64,000 bases of DNA from an uncultured candidatus Porisulfidus sp. (GTDB lineage Bacteria; Pseudomonadota; Gammaproteobacteria; Poriferisulfidales; Oxydemutatoraceae): contig OZ244052.1 of NCBI GenBank assembly GCA_965215125.1, positions 1,408,001 through 1,472,000 of the forward strand, given 5' to 3'. Position numbers and translations under genes: made by a program. The notes under the pieces were generated by a model. That model searched no databases and was not told where the DNA came from. It saw only the letters and a list, made by a program, of their open reading frames with translations. Below, in pieces: positions 31,639-41,722 of the stretch (positions within the stretch are counted from its first letter, which is position 1; each line of letters starts with the position of its first letter).

Positions 31639-33687
31639 TTATTTCTTAGTTGGAGGTTTCGCAATTAATCTCTCTAGTTCATCTTTAACATTTTTTTCTA
31701 TCATTTCAAATCTAGCTGACAAAAATTTATTTAAATTATAGGATCCGTCTCTATTTATAAATTTTCTCTCTGTTGGCACAGGGATCATATTTTTTTCACA
31801 ATTTAGTTGACTCTTATCCGTATAATCGCTTACTCTCTGTATTTTCGAGTTCGCGTTTTGGCTGATGATGACTTTATTCAGCACACTGTTTACAGGATGC
31901 TCTTTATTGCTCCTAAGTTTTTTTGATTCAGTACCCTCCTGATCTGCTATTTCATTAAGTGGGATAATATGATGTAGACTTTTGTCGAGATCGATATTCT
32001 CTTTTGCAAAGTAATGGGCGGCTAATGGAGTGGGTTGCTTTTTTAAGTTTAAATCCCATGGCTTTCGTGATAGTACATACTGAGTAATAGCTTTATCCAA
32101 TTGTGGTTGCCTGCTATACTCTCTTGTTCTAATCAGAGATTCTTTATCGGAATAGCCCACGGCTTGAAAGATTGTGTCAAATCTATCATAAAACTTTTCA
32201 TGGAAATCTTTGTGTTCAATAATTGTGTTACTATCTTTAATCACCCTAGTTGATTGCTTTTCACGGTAGCGTCCACAAAATATTGATGTCCAGTACCAAA
32301 ACTCTATTTTATCTACATCTTTTCTGGTGGGTTTATTTTCATGCGCAATAAAAAACACAAATAATGGAACGACTAGCAACTCGTATGGTATATCCTTTAG
32401 CTTTACTATCCCACAACGAAAGTGTAAAAATTGTAATACTGAAAATAAGATTGTTACTGTTTCTTTCCAGTTGTCATATATCTCTTCTGCGGTTAACTTA
32501 AGCAAGTAATTTTCTTTGATATATTTATCAGATAGATTATTGTGAAGTCCATACGTATTTTTCAGGTTGCAAATTGCTAGGCAATTTTTAAATACTTTTT
32601 TGAATATTTTTTGAGGAATATTATCTTCCTCATTCCAAATGCCCATGTCTTCGGCATCAAAGCTATCTTCACTGTTATATATTGCTTCCTTTATATGCTG
32701 TGATGGTTTGCACAGTTGTCCTATCTTTTCTGTTAAATTTACATTTTTATTATTTTCTTTACGGCAAAGTGCCATTCTGGCTACGAGTAAATCGTAAATA
32801 TCTAATTTTTCCCCGCCTCTATTGACCTGTTCAAAGATATATATACCAACTTCCATACCAGTTTGCCCTTTTAGGATGATGTTGGGAATTGTAGTTTTTA
32901 ATGTCATATTTTCTAAAAAAGTTATAACTTTTGTTACCCATGTATCTATTTTCTCTTCGTTCTCGTCTTTTTCTTGTTCTGCAATATATTTATTATCTGC
33001 AATACGTTTTAGTATTTTTCTCAAGAGATATGGTTTTGTACCTAAAAGATATAATGGCACTAACTTCTTAGAGACCGCCTCATTTATCAGGTCAACTTGT
33101 GGGCTATCAGGATGGTATTCCGTCTTTTTTGTTTTCTGTACTTTTTCGTGCACTATATATTTTTCAAAATCCTCTGGGCTGAATGGTTTGCCGTCTTTAT
33201 GGATTTCCTTAAAATCTAGGTTTTTTATACCCCAAATATCATTCTCGTCTTCACTACCTAAGTCAATTTTTAGGCACCATCTATAACGTAGTTGTGAGGG
33301 CAAATCTTTAAATAAATCATGCCAGCTATCTTTTTGTAATTTTTCAACTTCCTCTTCAGAAAATAAATCACAAAACATGGATTTTAGGGTTGATATTCTT
33401 TGTTGTCCATCTAGTAGAAATGTGCATTCATCTCCCTCTATTTTTGGTTCAAATTCTCTAAAGCAAAGTGGTCGGCTAGCATAAGATTTTTTTGTGTCCT
33501 TTAATAATAAGATGCTACCAATTGGTATTCCGGCGAGCATTGATTGTAGGAGGGATTTTTGCTTTTCTTTGGCATCCCATACGAAGTCTCTTTGAAAGTG
33601 TGGAAGTACCAATGAAAATTTTCCAGCGTCTTCAAGGAAATCTTCTAATGTACGCTTGTCATCATATTCATATTTTCTTCTATTCAT
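31639..33687 (-). CDS. DUF262 (GmrS/SspE-like) protein with HNH-like C-terminal motif
   Basis: LPHFQRDFVW, PIGSILL, LDGQQR, FEQVNRGG; C-terminal HHIIP...N...N. Confidence 0.8.
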   Translation of the reverse strand: MNRRKYEYDDKRTLEDFLEDAGKFSLVLPHFQRDFVWDAKEKQKSLLQSMLAGIPIGSILLLKDTKKSYASRPLCFREFEPKIEGDECTFLLDGQQRISTLKSMFCDLFSEEEVEKLQKDSWHDLFKDLPSQLRYRWCLKIDLGSEDENDIWGIKNLDFKEIHKDGKPFSPEDFEKYIVHEKVQKTKKTEYHPDSPQVDLINEAVSKKLVPLYLLGTKPYLLRKILKRIADNKYIAEQEKDENEEKIDTWVTKVITFLENMTLKTTIPNIILKGQTGMEVGIYIFEQVNRGGEKLDIYDLLVARMALCRKENNKNVNLTEKIGQLCKPSQHIKEAIYNSEDSFDAEDMGIWNEEDNIPQKIFKKVFKNCLAICNLKNTYGLHNNLSDKYIKENYLLKLTAEEIYDNWKETVTILFSVLQFLHFRCGIVKLKDIPYELLVVPLFVFFIAHENKPTRKDVDKIEFWYWTSIFCGRYREKQSTRVIKDSNTIIEHKDFHEKFYDRFDTIFQAVGYSDKESLIRTREYSRQPQLDKAITQYVLSRKPWDLNLKKQPTPLAAHYFAKENIDLDKSLHHIIPLNEIADQEGTESKKLRSNKEHPVNSVLNKVIISQNANSKIQRVSDYTDKSQLNCEKNMIPVPTERKFINRDGSYNLNKFLSARFEMIEKNVKDELERLIAKPPTKK

Positions 33688-33705
33688 AATTAATAATCCT
33701 ACTTT

Positions 33706-34512
33706 CTATAAACTACATATCGTGCAAGACTGATTTTCATCGTCTTGTCCGTCTTCTATTAAAATCTCTTGCCATGAGCGAGTGTCTTTTTTACTACATG
33801 CTTTCCGTTTTGCGCTATTAGCTAAAATTTCGTCCTTCCGTTCCAGTAATTCTTCCAGGCTGATTCCTCTAATCCATGTATATCTATTCTTCAGTCCGTC
33901 AAATCTTTTGTTCACATCTTTTTCCATTTCTACGGCTCTTTGGAATAAATCCGGATGTCTTTCGTGAAGTCCCAGCCATTCCTCGTAGCGTTGGAAAAAG
34001 CAAAAAAAGCAACCGGAACGAGAACGCCATTCGTAATATTCAGGGATACCAACTGTCTCCTCCAATATATTGAAAATATCTTTTCTGACCAAGCCATCTT
34101 CAATAAACGGATACGCTGCCTTTATGTTGCTTTTAAGGCTTAAATAGCCGTCTCTAAATTCATCTGCTCGAATACCGACATAAGTAATTGCTTCATCATT
34201 GCCGATAAATTCTTCTAATGGTTTGATTTTCATATCTTTGGTGCACCATCTTCTTGTTGCTTGAGGGAGCATATTGTCGTGCATTTTGAGAAGGTGCAGG
34301 AAATCTCTATCGCCGCCTAATCTTTTAATTGGTTTGCCGAGATAGGTTTCTAATTTATCCAAAAAGGTATAGACCTCAGGCAGTTCCATACCGGTGTCGC
34401 AAAAGAAATACTCTATATCCGGCACCTTATCTTGCTGTTTGAGATAAATCGCTAGAGCCGCACTGTCTTTTCCTCCCGAGAGCCCTAGCAGGTGTCTAGT
34501 TTGTTCACTCAT
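33706..34512 (-). CDS. PAPS reductase family protein (SspD-like)
   Basis: SGGKDS PP-loop, RWCT, RSRSGCFFCFFQ, C-terminal CxxC. Confidence 0.85.
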   Translation of the reverse strand: MSEQTRHLLGLSGGKDSAALAIYLKQQDKVPDIEYFFCDTGMELPEVYTFLDKLETYLGKPIKRLGGDRDFLHLLKMHDNMLPQATRRWCTKDMKIKPLEEFIGNDEAITYVGIRADEFRDGYLSLKSNIKAAYPFIEDGLVRKDIFNILEETVGIPEYYEWRSRSGCFFCFFQRYEEWLGLHERHPDLFQRAVEMEKDVNKRFDGLKNRYTWIRGISLEELLERKDEILANSAKRKACSKKDTRSWQEILIEDGQDDENQSCTICSL

Positions 34513-34556
34513 TACATTTTGCTGATGCTAATTTTTCAAAAGATTGTAACACATAT

Positions 34557-37500
34557 CTAGTTTTTTTTCTTTTGGTGATTAGTTTGGTTCTTATTCAGAG
34601 TCGTATTGTTGGCTAAATCCTGCAGTAAATCAACGACAATACGATATTGTTGTTCGACTGACACATTATTTAGATTTTCTTTCATTAGGTTTTTAATTTT
34701 CTCCTCATCGTGGTTAAGTTTACCCTTCCGGTGGTATTGCTCTATCCTATATAAGTTTAGTAATAATTTACTATGTTCCAGTATCTTTTGTTGGACGGTG
34801 GCAACAGTGTCATCATTCCACTTTGTCGGTTGTGTATAAGCAATATGGGTTAGGATTCTTTCAAAATAATTATTAGTATCGCTATGGTCGGTTGCAATTT
34901 CTCGGATAAATCTTTTTGTTTCTTTATCCAAATCGTAGTTTTTTAATGTGTTGCCATACTTAACAAGTTCGTTTTTAATTTGTTCTTTATCTTGTGTATT
35001 TATCGTTAGCTTTTGCGCTATTAAATTAATTTGTTTGGCAAGCATTTTAGGATAGGCATCTTTTATCTCTTGCAATGCTATTCTTAATTTAGTTCCAAAG
35101 CCTTGTATTTTTTTGCCGGTGAAGCCACAAGCTGACGGCAACTTATTGAATAGCAGGTCTTGTGGGCTTTTATTATTCTTAAATGTAGCTATAACTTTTT
35201 GTGCTATATCTGATATTTCTTGTGTTTGTCCTGTATACGGTGGAAGTTCTCTTATAAATAGAGCAATGGCTCGAAATATAGCTTGTGCGTTAGGCGCGGA
35301 ACCATTTAGTAAATGTGTTTCGTACTCTTGCATCAATTCTTGATTTAGTCCTTTAATCTTAAACTGCTGAAAAGTAAAAGTATCCGGGCGCTTCAGGAAT
35401 CTCTCTAAATGTTGCTCGGTAAAAAAGGGAACATAAATTCTATCTTCATAAATTGCTATTTCATCTTGGTTATACAGATAATTTGCTATATAAAAAATAG
35501 GCAAGACCGGCTTTTTTATGCCGAACGGCGGTGCGGTCAAGATTTCATCTAACTCTAATAAACACTTTGGTTGTTCCTTTGTTTGTTCAAAGAATCTATC
35601 TATTTCGTTCCAGACCCCTCTACATTTTCCATTTGCCGGACGACGGATTTGCCATTTGCAATTTATCTTTTTGTGTATCTCGTTTTCTTTAATGATTGCA
35701 ACATACATGCCTTTCTCTGCCGGGTATTTCTCAATAGCTAAGTCTTCTTTGTCGTGGTGCTTTAGCAGATGCAATAGTAATTTTCTGCGCCCTGCATTTG
35801 CTTGTGCTGATGGATTATCGCGATTAATTAATTCGTTTTTTATAGTAGGTGCATCGGGGTAGACGCTTTCTAAAGTTTCCGATAATAATGTTTGTACCGC
35901 TCTTTTATTGTTGCACTTCGTTTTTTTTGCTTTGTTATACCATAGACACTTTTCAGGATTTTCTAATATCTTATTAAACTGAATGTGTTCTTTTTGTTTT
36001 GCATCAATAAGGTACTGAATAAATTCACGATGAATAATGGGATCGTTTTGAATGATATTGTTCTGCCTTTCTATATTTTCTAAAGCAATACGGTATTGGG
36101 CAGCGGTTCTTATGTTTTTGCTATTATCAATCAGGACGCAAATATCTTGTTCGCCGAAATACTTGATGATTTTATTTTGAAATATATTCTTGTCTTCGTT
36201 ATTAAAGTTAAAGCAAAAGATTATTCTTGGTTTGTTGTTTTGGGGATTTATGTTGACATATTGATCGGCGTAGATAAAAACAGGTTCAAAATAGAATAAA
36301 CTATGTTTTTCTATAGAATAGCGTTTGGCAACAAAAGGTAAGAACACCTGATTTTTGTTTAGATGTTCTGCAATATTGACGGTTGTTAATTGAGTTAGCT
36401 GTTCCTCTATAGCTTGGTTCAAGTCAAAGTCGCTACCTTGCCAGACTCTATATTCACCGTTAAATTTACGATAAGTAATGATTGATTTATCTAATAAGAG
36501 TTTAGTATTTTTAGTGTAGTTTTTATCGCACAGTCCCAATATAGTTTTTGAAGCGATGATATGACTATTCGCGATATTAAACAAGGCGATTGTTTTTAGT
36601 AATTGGATTTCTTTTGCAGAGGCGTTTGCTATCCTTTCTAATGCGATCCACACTTCGGATAATGTTCTACTCGTGTGAAAGGTATTAGATAGTGTTTCAC
36701 TATTGATAAAGTAATCGTAAATATGATGAGGGTAAATAAAATCTCCCGGTGCTAGATTGCGCATGGTTTGTGTTAGTGAAAATGATTCATCACTTCCTAG
36801 ATAGTTAAACAATGTGCGTTCGTTTTGGGCAATCTTCTGACACAATATAGGAAGTAATAACAATGTTAGCGGATGCAAAGGATAGCATTTGACAAATAGC
36901 CCATTTGCCGTTTTTTCAGTGAGAGAGGGAGGGAGAATCTCATATTTTTTTAGTTTTTTAGTGATAGCTTGAATATCGCTGGTAATCTTTTTTTGGGTTT
37001 TAGACGAGAGCTTTTGATTAAAAACTTGGGCGATAATCGGTAGAGATTCTGCTGTTGTATCAACAAACGATAAGGTTTGATAACGGCCTTGTATTTTTAT
37101 CCATTCGTTTTTTAATTTGCTACTGAGGTTTTTCCCATACTGTTCAAAAGATTGATGTAGCAAAACAAATAATAGGATGTTTGCATCACCGGTTTGATGT
37201 GTTTCCTCCGCTAGCACTTGTAGCAAAAAAATGTCATCGTTTTCGTGCCGGGCTGTATATTCTAAAAATTTTCCGAATTCGTCAATGATGATCAACAAGC
37301 CCTTGCTGCCCGCTTGTGCAAGTTCCATGCGTATTTTTTTTATTAGATTCAAAATTACCTTAGTGCTTATTTCATCGGATTTTAATAGCCGGTTGATAGT
37401 TCTATGGTGATTTTGATGTTTAAGTTTTAGGCTTTCATAGTAAGGTGTAATACTGATCTTCAGTGCCTCTAAAAAGGATCTATTAAGCGGAGCCGGTGTG

Positions 37501-37847
37501 CCGGATAGCAATATATTGCAATAACCTTGTGAATTATTAAGGTGTGTTTCAACTGATTTTTTTAGTGTTGACGGTACTTTTTGAATTGCTTTTTGATCGT
37601 TATTGAGTAAGTGAGATAAATAGACGGCAAACGATGATTTCCCTGATCCGTATGGTCCGATAATTGAAAAGGCTTTGTCGCTATTGGCACCATTCCGGCA
37701 AACATTCATCACATTGCGGATCGCCTGTGTAGCATTATTGGTCAGAATATAATGGTTGAGTGTCTCTTCATTCAACCAATCCCTTTCTATATTAACCGAG
37801 CGGGATAATTCCGATTTGATACTTATGAATTGATCAAGTTTGTCCAT
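34557..37847 (-). CDS. Large P-loop ATPase (SspC-like)
   Basis: RSVNIERD, GPYGSGKSSF, IIDEFGKFLE, YPLHP, QNERTLF, PPFGIK; between DUF4007 and PAPS reductase genes. Confidence 0.8.
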   Translation of the reverse strand: MDKLDQFISIKSELSRSVNIERDWLNEETLNHYILTNNATQAIRNVMNVCRNGANSDKAFSIIGPYGSGKSSFAVYLSHLLNNDQKAIQKVPSTLKKSVETHLNNSQGYCNILLSGTPAPLNRSFLEALKISITPYYESLKLKHQNHHRTINRLLKSDEISTKVILNLIKKIRMELAQAGSKGLLIIIDEFGKFLEYTARHENDDIFLLQVLAEETHQTGDANILLFVLLHQSFEQYGKNLSSKLKNEWIKIQGRYQTLSFVDTTAESLPIIAQVFNQKLSSKTQKKITSDIQAITKKLKKYEILPPSLTEKTANGLFVKCYPLHPLTLLLLPILCQKIAQNERTLFNYLGSDESFSLTQTMRNLAPGDFIYPHHIYDYFINSETLSNTFHTSRTLSEVWIALERIANASAKEIQLLKTIALFNIANSHIIASKTILGLCDKNYTKNTKLLLDKSIITYRKFNGEYRVWQGSDFDLNQAIEEQLTQLTTVNIAEHLNKNQVFLPFVAKRYSIEKHSLFYFEPVFIYADQYVNINPQNNKPRIIFCFNFNNEDKNIFQNKIIKYFGEQDICVLIDNSKNIRTAAQYRIALENIERQNNIIQNDPIIHREFIQYLIDAKQKEHIQFNKILENPEKCLWYNKAKKTKCNNKRAVQTLLSETLESVYPDAPTIKNELINRDNPSAQANAGRRKLLLHLLKHHDKEDLAIEKYPAEKGMYVAIIKENEIHKKINCKWQIRRPANGKCRGVWNEIDRFFEQTKEQPKCLLELDEILTAPPFGIKKPVLPIFYIANYLYNQDEIAIYEDRIYVPFFTEQHLERFLKRPDTFTFQQFKIKGLNQELMQEYETHLLNGSAPNAQAIFRAIALFIRELPPYTGQTQEISDIAQKVIATFKNNKSPQDLLFNKLPSACGFTGKKIQGFGTKLRIALQEIKDAYPKMLAKQINLIAQKLTINTQDKEQIKNELVKYGNTLKNYDLDKETKRFIREIATDHSDTNNYFERILTHIAYTQPTKWNDDTVATVQQKILEHSKLLLNLYRIEQYHRKGKLNHDEEKIKNLMKENLNNVSVEQQYRIVVDLLQDLANNTTLNKNQTNHQKKKN

Positions 37848-38697
37848 AGTATTTTTTTAGATAAGCTAATGCTTTTCTCTTGCTTGAAATGTGTAGTTGA
37901 AAGATTCCGGCATCTTCTCTTAGTTGATAATCTTTGGGATATTTGCATATTAAATCTTCTAAGTAACTAATCAAATCATCCTCCGATATTTTCAGTACTT
38001 TGTTTAGTGCTAATTGGTTTCCGTACATTAATTCCTTAACCGGGATGATGTTTTTATCCGGGAAATATTCTCTGATGGCGTAGGCGATCACTTCTATAGG
38101 GATTTGCTTTTTTTTAGGCTGCAGAAAATGATACCTACCGTCATGGTACTCTATTAGCTTAAGCAAGGATAACGGTGATTCCAACATGTCGTCTATTCTA
38201 GTTTGATTTGATTTATGCGGTGCGTACATTCTTAAAATAACGCTAATATCCATTTTCACGGTACTCTCCGACGCTTGTATATTCGGGTTCGTTGCTATGA
38301 ATTCTTGTAACGCAATAAACGCTTCGTCGGTTGTGAAATTTGTCTTATGAAAATGATTAAACAGCCAATAAATAGAAGTCGATAGTTCCTTATTTTGTGA
38401 AAGTTTTAGATGTAATAGCCATAGTGTTGCATCATCCTCTAAGTAGGGGTCAAACTCTCCGAGTAATTTTTCACCGAAATCAGTAATGTTTTTATGATTG
38501 ATAATATCTGTTGCTTTTAACCAATAAGAAATGGAGTCGACCATATTTTTCCCGACACCTAAAGTAACGGTTGCATCATTCAAAGAAAAAATATCAGGAT
38601 TTTGCCTAAACGCTCTGAATCCTTTGGTGAGCCAGCCGTAGCGTAGCGGGAAAGAACCGTGGCGACCAAAAGTATATTTACTGAGAGTGGGATTCAT
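37834..38697 (-). CDS. DUF4007 family protein (SspB-like)
   Basis: F.RH.SFPLRYGWLTKG, LGVGKNMV.SI.YWL, DPYLED..TLWLLH. Confidence 0.88.
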   Translation of the reverse strand: MNPTLSKYTFGRHGSFPLRYGWLTKGFRAFRQNPDIFSLNDATVTLGVGKNMVDSISYWLKATDIINHKNITDFGEKLLGEFDPYLEDDATLWLLHLKLSQNKELSTSIYWLFNHFHKTNFTTDEAFIALQEFIATNPNIQASESTVKMDISVILRMYAPHKSNQTRIDDMLESPLSLLKLIEYHDGRYHFLQPKKKQIPIEVIAYAIREYFPDKNIIPVKELMYGNQLALNKVLKISEDDLISYLEDLICKYPKDYQLREDAGIFQLHISSKRKALAYLKKYYGQT

Positions 38698-38957
38698 GCT
38701 TGACCATTTTACCGCTTGTCTTTACTGTTGGCAAAAATTGGTTTTTTTGTATCGTTATCAAGGCGTTTATAGCGGTATGCTTAATAGCACAGACACATAC
38801 CAGATTTCTGACAGTTTTGGGCAAACAACATATAGTGAGGAGAGAAAATGAGGGAAGCAAGCAAAAGACATTAGTTTAGTATTGTTAAGCATCAGATAAT
38901 TGTTTGCCATTATACTTGGCTGGCTCAGCAGATATTACAATGTTTTCGCTTTAAGGA

Positions 38958-39956
38958 TTACTCCCCCAACCTTTCCATAATCACTGCCTTCACATCCGCC
39001 GGTGTGATCTCGGCAATTTTGTTCAGGTCGTTTTTGTCGTCGGTGGGTTGTCCTTTGCAGAGTACTTTTACGCGTTTGCCTATGGGTTTCCAGCGCCCGG
39101 GGTGTTGGGGGCGGACGGGTGCGTATAGGCCTATGGTGTTGATGCCGGCGGCGGCGGCGAGGTGTAGGGGGCCGGTGCTGTTTGCCACGAGGCAGTCCGA
39201 TTGTTCGACGATGTTGATGTAGTCGGCTAAATTGTGTTGTGCGGTAAAGTTGGTGACATGGGGGAGTTCAAACAGCTGGGGGCAGGTTTTCTGCATATAT
39301 TCTTTTTCGCCTTGCGTGCCGCTTAGTATCACATTGAAGTGTTGTGGATCGAGTATATCGGCGAGCCGATGGTAGTGTTCCAGTGGCCATTCCGGTGCCG
39401 AGCCTTTTGATTTGGGATGCAAGATGATGTTGTGTTTGGTATCGGAGATAACATCGGGGACGGGGCGGTTTTGTTCTTTGCGCCATCCGTAATAACGATA
39501 TAGTCCGTTTATGTCGGTGGGTTCTTCGATTCCTAATGCCGGCAAAAAAGAGGTAACTAATTGTGTTTCGTGTAGGTTGACGGCGCGTTTTTTTAGGAAG
39601 GCTCTGCGATTTGCATATAGCCAATAATACCATCTTCTTGCCATGCCGACGCGAATGGGTATTTTTGCTTTCCACGCAGCTTTTGCTATCTCCAATTTTG
39701 GGGAGAGCAGCAATATCGCGTCCGCATCGGCTTTGCTCAAGTCCTTAAATTTGTTCCAGTTATAAAACTTATCTATAAAGGTGCTTTTTTCAATGATAGC
39801 TCTAGCGTATTCGGTGAGTCCTAGAAATGCGATTTTGACATTCGGGAGATTAGCTTTTAATATCCCTGCTAGAGGTAGGGTTAAAACGGCATCGCCTATC
39901 CTAATTTCGGTTCGTGCGATTAGGATTTTTTTTATTTTGGCAAGTGGGGGATTCAT
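38958..39956 (-). CDS. Glycosyltransferase family 9 (heptosyltransferase-like)
   Basis: IGDAVLTLP, ILHP.S.GSA.EW, NSTGPLHLAAA. Confidence 0.88.
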   Translation of the reverse strand: MNPPLAKIKKILIARTEIRIGDAVLTLPLAGILKANLPNVKIAFLGLTEYARAIIEKSTFIDKFYNWNKFKDLSKADADAILLLSPKLEIAKAAWKAKIPIRVGMARRWYYWLYANRRAFLKKRAVNLHETQLVTSFLPALGIEEPTDINGLYRYYGWRKEQNRPVPDVISDTKHNIILHPKSKGSAPEWPLEHYHRLADILDPQHFNVILSGTQGEKEYMQKTCPQLFELPHVTNFTAQHNLADYINIVEQSDCLVANSTGPLHLAAAAGINTIGLYAPVRPQHPGRWKPIGKRVKVLCKGQPTDDKNDLNKIAEITPADVKAVIMERLGE

Positions 39957-40065
39957 GTTTGATTTATTGGTGTCGTTTGTGGCTATCGTGGTTTTACAAA
40001 CATCAAATTCTACTATGAATTCAATGGATGAATGTATAAATTATGTTGGTGTGGTGGGTTTGTTA

Positions 40066-40238
40066 ACCACCCCTCCGAAGGAGGGGAATTAGCTAGTGCA
40101 GAACCTTGACGACCACCCCGTCAGGCTACGCCTACCACCCCTCCGAAGGAGGGGAATGTACCGGCACTGCACCTTGTGCATAATACGCAGCGACCACCCC
40201 GTCAGGCTGCGCCTGCCACCCCTCCGAAGGAGGGGAAT
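40066..40238. repeat. Tandem copies of the palindromic repeat
   Basis: Three accccTCCGAAGGAGGGGAAT hairpins, two with gaccaccccgtcaggct.cgcct.cc. Confidence 0.85.
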
Positions 40239-40306
40239 AGGCCGGTTTAGTTGGTTAGTCCCTCAAGCAATACTCTTACCCGTACTTGTATTAAAGTGCT
40301 TGCTAA

Positions 40307-41410
40307 TCAAGGTCTGACATAGTCTGCATTTGGAACAAGATATAGTTCATCCTTTATCACACTTAATGGATTTTCTACGAAACCTATATGTTCTCCTTCT
40401 TCGTTATATCTATTTAAGCACTCAACAGATAGTCTTCCTAAACCATGCTCAAAGTCAGGGCCGGCAGGTCCCATGTCCACTGCACAGCTTTTAACTATTG
40501 CCACAGCAGTGACTGCGGCCTGCAGATCCGTCATGGGTTCTTGCCACTCATACTCGGGGTAGTTTCTTATGAAGTATGAAACTGCCCAAATGACACCACC
40601 CATGTATGCAGTTGCAAGTGATGTTCCTGCACCTGGTACATTTGGAACTTGGTATGGTCCGAGTAAGCATAGATTTTTTGCTTGTGTCCCGCAGACACTG
40701 GCTCCTTGTATACTTCGTACTGCACTAGCACCCGGGCAAGAATACCGACTTGCTCTATATATTCTACACAAATCAGAGGGGAATACATTATCCGGGTCAG
40801 GGTATTTGCAGGCACGAAGCCATCCACTATAATCATACCCACCAGCCGCTAAAGGGAAAGGTAGGTTTCTATAGTCATGATTTTCACTTACAAGACCTCT
40901 AAGTGTTTTACTAGGAGAATTTCGATCTCTGTTTCCCGTACCGGTGACAACAACAGCTTGAACATTTTCAAAGTCAAATGGAGTTTCTGGAAAACGATTC
41001 ATAAAATTGAAAGTATTCGCCACAGTAGCCACAGCCCCGGGGAAGAGGTTGTCATATACATCTCTTCTACTTATTCCTAGATATTGAAAAACCTCACCGG
41101 CGACAAGGGGATTTAATATACTTCTTTGAAATGCCGGGTGTCCATATATACCACCACTAGTTTCAAGAGAAAACATGGTAGTAGTAGTTTCACCATAGAT
41201 ATGGAAGTTCTCTTTATTCCAATCAAGGATTTTATGAATACCGGTAAGTCGATTTAGACAATTGTTCCCGGCTCTGTTTTCATCGGAACAATAGTCATCA
41301 AACCAGTAGGGTTTAGGGCCATAGGTGCAGGCGAAAGAATCTTGATTTTGAGCAAAGACTTCTGCGCAGGTACAAACCAGCAGAGAGAACAAAAGTATTT
41401 TTTTCATCAT
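40307..41410 (-). CDS. Secreted S8 (subtilisin-like) peptidase, divergent
   Basis: Signal peptide; ILD, YGHP, GTGN, GTSLA; D.G..GPD...G.GRL. Confidence 0.6.
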   Translation of the reverse strand: MMKKILLFSLLVCTCAEVFAQNQDSFACTYGPKPYWFDDYCSDENRAGNNCLNRLTGIHKILDWNKENFHIYGETTTTMFSLETSGGIYGHPAFQRSILNPLVAGEVFQYLGISRRDVYDNLFPGAVATVANTFNFMNRFPETPFDFENVQAVVVTGTGNRDRNSPSKTLRGLVSENHDYRNLPFPLAAGGYDYSGWLRACKYPDPDNVFPSDLCRIYRASRYSCPGASAVRSIQGASVCGTQAKNLCLLGPYQVPNVPGAGTSLATAYMGGVIWAVSYFIRNYPEYEWQEPMTDLQAAVTAVAIVKSCAVDMGPAGPDFEHGLGRLSVECLNRYNEEGEHIGFVENPLSVIKDELYLVPNADYVRP

Positions 41411-41519
41411 GAATTATTTAATGGTTAAAAGAAATAAGAGCATGTGTTATAGGTGTTGAAGTATTGAATAAGAGATTATAGCTGAATAAGCATTTGCACA
41501 TTATATTTTTACGGGAGGG

Positions 41520-41719
41520 CGGGTGAGCCTCGCCTGCCACCTCTCCATAGGAGGGGAATGTACCGACACTGTAGTTTGTGCAGAATACGCTGCGACCACC
41601 CCGTGGAAAGGCTTTACATTTTGTAATATGTACTAAGATCTGCACAATGTTACGCCGATTGACCTACTGGCTCAATCGGCGGTTCTGTTGCGCCTGCCAC
41701 CCCTCCACAGGAGGGGAAT
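41520..41719. repeat. Composite palindromic repeat copy
   Basis: Reverse-complement of the 2965-3128 copy. Confidence 0.85.
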
Positions 41720-41722
41720 GGA

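Noticed and set aside
40066-40238. Possible CRISPR array from repeated palindromic units (also 56270-56400)
   Set aside because: Only 2-3 units, spacers are themselves conserved repeat modules, copies are dispersed, and no cas genes are present
40307-41410. S8 protease as the missing IetS partner of the ATPase at 28803
   Set aside because: It has a signal peptide, is much shorter than IetS-type proteins and lies over 10 kb away
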